A DNA stretch of 64,000 nt from NCBI RefSeq assembly GCF_009914755.1, contig NC_060930.1. One strand, given 5' to 3'. Source of the DNA: the human T2T-CHM13v2.0 reference genome, Homo sapiens. This document shows positions 57,275-64,000 of the stretch, in pieces. Made by a program: the position numbers and the translations under genes. A model generated the notes under the pieces. That model did not search any database, was not told the origin of the DNA, and saw only the letters and a list, made by a program, of their open reading frames with translations. Position 1 is the stretch's first letter. Every line of letters starts with the position of its first letter.

Positions 57275-60200
57275 CTGGAGAAGAGAGAAGAGGGATGATC
57301 AGCACAGGGTACGCTGGTGGGCCTGCCATCTCCCCCACCCCTCAGGGGCCCCCTGCAGCTTCAGACAGACAAAGCTGAGGTCCAGAGTGTATTGTCATCA
57401 CCTCCCCCAAGATCTGTGCAAAGGTGAAATCAGCTCATGAAGACACAGAACTTCAGCTTGATGCAGATGTGAGGGAGGTGGGGGAACAGCTGTTACTCTT
57501 CTGGGGAATATGAAGGGTTCGGTCTTTTTAGGAAATTGGATGATACCTCATCCCTACCACTAGCAGCCTCTTTCAGTCACTGGAAAATGCCTACAGGCAG
57601 TAGCCACCAACATGTGGCACAAAGTGGGCATCATCCTAGTGTCTAACATTTAAGCTGTGGTTCTGGCTTCACATTTCACAGGAAGATGCCACCAAAGTTA
57701 AGGCTTGGTTCTGGGGAACAGCCTCTGGAGATTCCTAGAAACTGGCAAACTTCGCCCCTAAGTCTTGATCCTCATAGCAGCAAATATACCATGAACGGAG
57801 ACCACTGTGGTCAGGTACACTCAGCTCATGCTCTTCCCTCTTACATCTGTGCCCTCCCCACACTGGATCACGGCTGAAATATTACCTGCTGGTGGAGGCC
57901 CTTGAGGTCTTACAAAAGGAAGTTATGCAGAGAAAGGTCTCATTACACAAACAGCCACTCTCTCACCCCAATGGAAAATGACACATGTGACTTAATTAGA
58001 GTTATATTCTCTTCCCACCCATGTCCTTCAAGGCCTTAAGCACCCTAATTTAAAATCCCCTAAAACAAAGGAAATTGTCACTAGAAGGCAAGGAGGCCAA
58101 GGCTCTGACCCTCTTAATGGAGGAAGCTTTTGGAAAGGAGCCAATGAGACAATGATGAAAGGTAAGGATGTCCTTCAATAAGCTCTATCAGTGAGCTGTG
58201 TGACAGGGCTACCTTTCAACTAGTAAAATCAGATTCCAATGCCTCCTCCAATCTTGTCCTGTCTCCTCCCACCTCCAGCTCAGCTTTCTTCCTCTCGGGG
58301 TCAGGAGGAAAGAGCCACATCTAGAGACAGGACCTCTCTGAACAGAGGGTCTGGGTCACAGCCCATCTTCCCCTTTTCCCTTGGGGTTCCTCACCTTTCT
58401 GACTCCTGTGATGGATAATAAGGCCCAGCCCGAGGAAGATGAGCCCCAGCACGAAGCCTCCAATGCCACTCAGCATCTTGCTCTGGGCAGATTCAGACTG
58501 AGCCCCTAAGAAGCAGAGCCTGAGTGTCAGTGTTTGTCCCCACACCCCATAGCATCCCTGCTGAGGAGCTGAAGTCCAGTCTGAGATTCAGGAGGTGAAG
58601 GCGTCAAAGGAAACTAGTCCTCCATTCAGACCACCCCTAAGGGAGGGGAAAGGCCAGCCAATAGGTCCTTGGGTACAGTGAGTAGGTGAGAGAGTGGAGA
58701 AGCAGATCTCCACTCCTCAGGAGCTCATCCATAACCTTAAACCCTAAGATCCCAGTCACCAGCCCTAATGATCAGTCCCTCCGAGCTATCAGGACTGGGA
58801 TCCAGAGAAACAGTATGTAGAGTAATTTCCCTAGCATCTGGAAAGGTGATGAGATCAGGATTCTTCTGATGCACTTGCCATGGAGGAAGAAGTGCTCTAG
58901 TCTCCTGTGATTCCCAGCTCAGTAGTGACATCAGGGATAAGAGATGGGAAGGGATGGGTCAGAATGAGCTCTGCCCTTTGTCTTGTGGGGCCCATAGTAA
59001 CAGAAACTCAATATCCCCTTACGCCACTCCACGGTGATGGGGTTCTGGAGGCTGGGGTGCTCCACGTGGCAGGTGTAGACGTCTCCATGCTGGGGAGTCA
59101 TTTCCAGCATCACCAGGATCTGGAAGGTCCAGTCACCGTTCCTAATAAGGGGGGTGGACACAACGCCGGTTGTCTCCTCCTGGTCATTCCGAAACCACCG
59201 GACTTTGATCTGGGCTGGATAGAAATCTGTCACTGAGCAGACCAGCAGGTTGTGGTGGTTGAGGGCCTCTGTCCTGGATGGGGAGATGGTCACTGTGGGC
59301 TCCACTGAGGGCAGTAACAGACAGGGAAAGATATAGGAGTGAGATGTGAGACCACACAGCACGCCTGCTGTGAGGAAGGTCCCTCCTTGGAACCAGAATG
59401 GAAAGATACCTGGAGCCCAAGTCTTGGATTAAGATTCATTCAACAAACATAAATATGACAATCACTGAGAATCCAAAGATAAACAACATACCATGGTCCC
59501 TGCCTTTACAGAATGTGCGATCTAGTAACAGACAGCAAAAAACAAAAAGAATGTGACTTCAAAAGTTTGTAATATTTGAAAAAAAAGTAGGCAGGCCTTG
59601 AAAACAAATAACACTGATCAAACATCATGTCTGCCCATAACTCGATTCCTTTATCTTCTCAGATTGCTGCTCATAGTAAAAAAAAAATGACACATCTTTC
59701 CCCGCCTCTTTTACACATCTCATCCTTTACCTTTCAGGCCACTTTATTGCATTTCCTTTATTCTCTTAGTGTAAAACTATAGTAAATATTTAATGTATGC
59801 TTTCTTTATTTAGTAATATGTTCTCTCATTTTCTTTTTTCCTTAATTTATTTTTAACACACAAGTGAGTTTAATTACTAGCTGTCTACCCTACTCCATTC
59901 CCTTGCTATTGAGAATTACTTTTTTGTCCTAAAATCAGATATTATCATGTATGTTCTCTGTAGAAAATATTCTGAGATCCTTGCAGAGGTCAGCCTAGGT
60001 TAATGAGCCTGTAATGCGAACATATACATATAGCTGGGATTTGCTGAGGACAGCAGGTGGCACCCCAATTAAATGGCACTCATGAGCCATCATCCGGAAG
60101 GAATCACGGTTTCTGCTTGGACTTGAACTTTTCTTTGGTTCTCCTTCCTGGAGTCCACCTGAAATCACAGTCAGCTATGTGGGGACTTACAAGATTTGTT

Positions 60201-63200
60201 CATCTTAAAAAGACTGAAAGTTTTCTTTGGTTCTCCTTCCTGGAGTCCACCTGAAATCACAGTCAGCTATGTGGTCTTATAAGATTTGTTCATCTTACAC
60301 AGATTGGGAGTAAAAATAGAGGGCACAAATTTATGAGAAAAGATGATAAAATAAATTTTATGGAAATAGAACTGAAATAGCAAAAATATAAGTACTTGCT
60401 GGCACTATGATGTGAGTCAAAAGAAGGCAAGGGAGTATAAAGTAAACTGAAAGTTTTGTGAATCTCACTGGAGTCAGACTAGGGATTGATTAATCATAAA
60501 TTTGATTGATTAATCATAAATTTTCAATGCCTTGAAAGTATCATTTTGTCCCATTAACATGGAGATCAAACAGGAAGAGACCATTGCTGCTTCTGGTCAA
60601 AACTGGCTTTAACAAGGCTTTATGTCCCTTTGACTCTACAGATGTGTAGTGAGGAACGTAAGAATGTTGTGTACTTTGGGAGGCTTAAGGTCTTGGTGAG
60701 TACTTGTGGGCTGATTACTTAAAGTGTTTATCATGTACTAATATTAGGATATATAAAGTGGTGATGCTAATCTCTAATGCACAGGCAACTGCGAGATTAA
60801 ATGACATAACATAGATGGTATTTGATAAGGCAACTTAGAAATAAGTGCTCACTATATGGGTAAAATTAACTTTCAGAATGTTTATTCCTGAAGTGGATAG
60901 TGATGGGGGGAGGGGAGAACCTAGGCCAAAAGCAACCTGAAACTATTTTTATCCAATAATTTAATGGCTTCAATCTATTTATTCCAAAACTTCTGCTCTT
61001 TGCATTGTGCCATTTGTTCAGCTTTTCTAAGAAATTAAAACTGCCTTACAAACATCATTCAAGTGTTGTTTTTATTTTTAGCAAACACTTTTTTCCTCAG
61101 ACTTTGTATTCACAAACTATTTAGATCCAAGTCAATAAGAGTTTACTTTAAAGAATTAAGCAAAATGATAGAAAATAATTAATAAAAGTCCATTTTTAAG
61201 GTTCTGTTTACCTCTGGTTTTTCTTGAGCCTAAGTGGATTGGCAGCTGAGCACATTTATTCATTAATTTAACAGAAGATTATTGAGCTTATACCACATGC
61301 CAGTCAATGTGTCAGGTACCGGCCATAAAATGATTAAAACACTCTCACCTCAAAGAGCTCCGCCATGAATGAGAGCCATTTAAGAAAACGGAATTACGAT
61401 GAATAATAATTTGAAGCCAAAAGTCAAAATATCTTATTTCACAACTGTAATTGCTGGATGCCCTGCGCACAGTTGTGGAGCAGCCCTAACTCCACCAGGC
61501 CAAGCCTGAAGCTTCCTGCGGCGCGAGCAGTGCACGTGGACCTTGCTGGGTGGGGCAGTGCTAGCGGGGCGGGCGGGCAGGGGAAGAGGGCAGAAATTGG
61601 GGGCAGAGAGGACTGCTTAGCAAAGGCAAGGCACGAGGAGGCAAACGCATAAGGCACGAGGCGAGAACGTGCACAGCAGAGGGCGAGGCTGACGGACGGG
61701 AAGGCTGGGGCAAAACTAGGCAGTTTGACCAACTCTACCTGTACCCCTGCTCTGCCCCTAGGTCCCTGCCCCTCCTATGCACCTGCCCCACCACCCACGC
61801 CGCCAACTCCTGTCCCCTGGGGTGGAACGAACGCGGCTCAGGTTCCAGAGGCTTCGCCCCCCTCGTCCCTCCTAGCGCAGAGACTCGGGGCCCCGGCCAA
61901 GAGTGGGCCTCGCAGCGGGGCGACGACGCTCACCTCGCCGCTGCAAGGTCGTGCGGAGCTCCAACTGGTAGTTGTGTCTGCACACCGTGTCCAACTCCGC
62001 CCGGGTCCTCTCCAGGACTTCCTTCTGGCTGTTCCAGTACTCGGCGTCAGGCGGCCCCAGCGGCGTCACCGCCCGGTACACCTCCACGTCGCTGTCGAAG
62101 CGTGCGTACTCCTCTCGGTTATAGATGTATCTGGTCACATAACGCACGCGCTCCGTCCCGTTGGTGAAGTAGCACATGGCCTTAAACTGGTACACGAAAT
62201 CCTCTGCGGGGAATCACCGGCCGGTCAGTCCGGCCCCGGCCCGGCCCCAGCCCGGCCACCCCGCAGCCGCCGCCCTGACCCGGCCCGGAGCTGTGGAACC
62301 GCCCGCGCGACCTCCAGTTCCCGCCGGCCCGTGCCTCGCGCTGCAGACCTGGGATCCTCCCGGGGGCTCTGCCCAGCCCTGCCCGCCCTCTCGGGGGTCT
62401 TCGGGAATCCGCCTTCCTACAGGCAGGAAAGGGAGGAAAGCCCTGTCCCTGTCTGGCTGGGCCTGTGAACCAAGCGAAGAGGCAGTCGGGTTGATTTTGC
62501 ATGGACCTCTGCACTTAGAGGGATCAGGGCGTTCTCGCATGAAATCCCATTTTCCATGGAGCTCCTGGGTACCTCAGAGATAAAGTTATCCACATAAACC
62601 TGAGAGTTCAAGGGAATGACGAGACAGGTCCAGGAATTAAACCTGTCCTCTTTTGATATGCCTATTCTCTTGGTCCCTGGGTAAAATACCTTCCTTCCCA
62701 TGCCTGGATTTACCCTCCCAAGTGCCCTGTGAGGTTCACTCACTTCTGTGTTAGAAAGAAGGGAGTCCTAGATCTCTGAGTCCTAGAAAGAAACGTTTAT
62801 TCACTGAAAGAGCACAAGCTTTTGAATTTGATAAACTAGAATCCCATTAAACTGTGGCAGTCACCAGCTCGGGCAGGTTACGTAACAGAATATCCATGTC
62901 ACAAGTATAATTGTGTAAAAGAAAATCATGATATCTACACACAGGATGTTAGAAGGAGTGAGAGAGAATTTATGTAAAGTATTGTTCTGTGTCTGAAATG
63001 AGTGGTTTCACAGTATGTATAATTTCTCTTCTTTACATCCTCCTTTCTACTAAATTTAGTCCACCATCAACTCGGGTCTCTGAATCCCACTCAGGTCACC
63101 ATTTGCCCATAAATCAGTGAAACCTGAAGACTCCCTGTCTGTGGTCAGCCAGTCAGCTTCCCTCAGTACCAAGATTTTGCCTCCACAAACGCTCCACTGA

Positions 63201-63760
63201 GTCAGGAATACAGACACCTTTTCCCCAAATACGGGGACTACAGACACCATTGCTGCCTTACATTTCCCAGTGCAGGATCTCATAATAGTTAGTCCAGGCA
63301 GTCTTGGGGCACGCCTAAATGACAAATCATGCTGTGTCTTTGGAGAAATTCATATCTTCAAAAATAACCCCATGCTCACTTTGTCCTATCACTGGTAGTA
63401 AATGAACACTTTGTCTCCTCTTTTCTCTCCTCTCTCCTCTTCCAGGCTTAAGTCTGTAGGATGGGATTGGATTGTCCTCACCTCATCATTAAAAGATAAA
63501 TGGGAATGCAACATAGCTCTCTTTCCCAAAACAGAGGAAATATTGATAAAGATTGTGTCTGAGATAATCGAGATCACCATCCCCATACCCCAGCCCAAGG
63601 AGAGTCTGTTCCCAGAGTGGCGGCTCTGGAGAGCAGCTGCCCTGCACTTACCGGGAGAGTCTCTGCCCTCAGCCACTGGGGTGCTCAGCATCGCCAGCAT
63701 CAAGGTAACAGTTGCTGCCCGAAGGCCTCCGGGGATCCGCAAAGCCTTTTTCCAAGACAT
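57261..63760 (-). CDS. HLA-DQB1: MHC class II DQ beta 1 chain, DQB1*03:01-like, 261 aa. Coding exons 63760-63652, 62203-61934, 59304-59023, 58505-58395, 57274-57261.
   Basis: [36 protein letters not shown]; beta1 [58 protein letters not shown]; beta2 [23 protein letters not shown]; [22 protein letters not shown]; ends GLLH-TGA. 109+270+282+111+14=786 nt, GT-AG introns. Confidence 0.99.
57886..57909 (-). other. HLA-DQB1: DQB1 exon 5 (24 nt), predicted skipped because its acceptor is AA
   Basis: Minus strand reads ttttgtAA|GACCTCAAGGGCCTCCACCAGCAG|gtaat. Confidence 0.9.
58395..58505 (-). CDS. HLA-DQB1: DQB1 exon 4 (transmembrane)
   Basis: 111 nt; cttag|GGGCTCAG...AAAG|gtgag. Confidence 0.96.
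59023..59304 (-). CDS. HLA-DQB1: DQB1 exon 3 (beta2 domain)
   Basis: 282 nt; [10 protein letters not shown] motif. Confidence 0.97.
60129..60310 (+). repeat. Tandem duplication (about 92 bp) in DQB1 intron 2
   Basis: ttttctttggttctccttcctggagtccacctgaaatcacagtcagctatgtgg at 60129 and 60221. Confidence 0.92.
61500..62430. other. CpG-rich island over DQB1 exon 2
   Basis: High GC and CpG density against an AT-rich background. Confidence 0.75.
61934..62203 (-). CDS. HLA-DQB1: DQB1 exon 2 (beta1 domain)
   Basis: 270 nt; cgcag|AGGATTTC...CGAG|gtgag. Confidence 0.97.
63652..63760 (-). CDS. HLA-DQB1: DQB1 exon 1 coding part
   Basis: cat at 63758-63760; donor gtaag on the minus strand. Confidence 0.97.
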
Positions 63761-63891
63761 AATTGAGACGAAGGGAAAAGTAGTGGTAGTCAACACAGCT
63801 CGGACCTGATGGATCTGATGTACCTGGCAGAAAGAATAAAAACCTGTGGATGTTTCCATGCGTGGTAGGATTGGATGGTCCCTTGGAAAGG

Positions 63892-63957
63892 AACCAATCA
63901 GCACTGGAGCTGAAGGACCTCATCTGTCTCTGGGCAGATTTTTTTTTGTGAAGGTTC
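63892..63957 (-). promoter_or_regulatory. DQB1 proximal promoter S/W-X1-X2-Y module
   Basis: Minus strand: S GAACCTT (63957-63951), X CCCAGAGACAGATGAGGTC (63934-63916), Y CTGATTGGTT (63901-63892). Confidence 0.92.
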
Positions 63958-64000
63958 TCAATCCAGTGCCTGGCACTGTGACGTCTTCCAATTGCACTGG

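Noticed and set aside
56900-57750. HLA-DQB1-AS1 antisense lncRNA, expected around here from recalled annotation
   Set aside because: No sequence signal lets me place its boundaries, so it is not listed as a feature.
61725-62468. 247-aa + strand ORF antisense to DQB1 exon 2
   Set aside because: Non-ATG start, GC-rich CpG island poor in stop codons, Pro/Ala-rich with no recognisable domain; a shadow ORF.

Overview
Human MHC class II interval on chr6p21.3. It holds about 40 kb of repeat-rich intergenic DNA on the HLA-DRB1 side, then complete HLA-DQA1 (+ strand, 40474-45898) and complete HLA-DQB1 (- strand, 63760-57261) arranged tail-to-tail. The proteins read as DQA1*05:05-like (Thr in the leader, one-codon alpha1 deletion) and DQB1*03:01-like (A13, Y26, E45, D57), i.e. 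a DQ7.5 haplotype. I found no new protein-coding system; nearly all other ORFs in the track come from Alu, L1 or microsatellite sequence. The notable structure is non-coding: (1) five co-oriented S-X-Y-like modules in ancient duplicated units; (2) an apparent fossil DQB-type promoter and 5'UTR at about 34.3-34.5 kb; (3) a decayed DQB-like exon 3 between DQA1 and DQB1; (4) a TSD-flanked retrocopy of an LTR 3' end that appears to have seeded the DQA1 intron 3 microsatellite; (5) several local templated, tandem or inverted duplications. Repeat family names and allele calls come from recall, not from a search.
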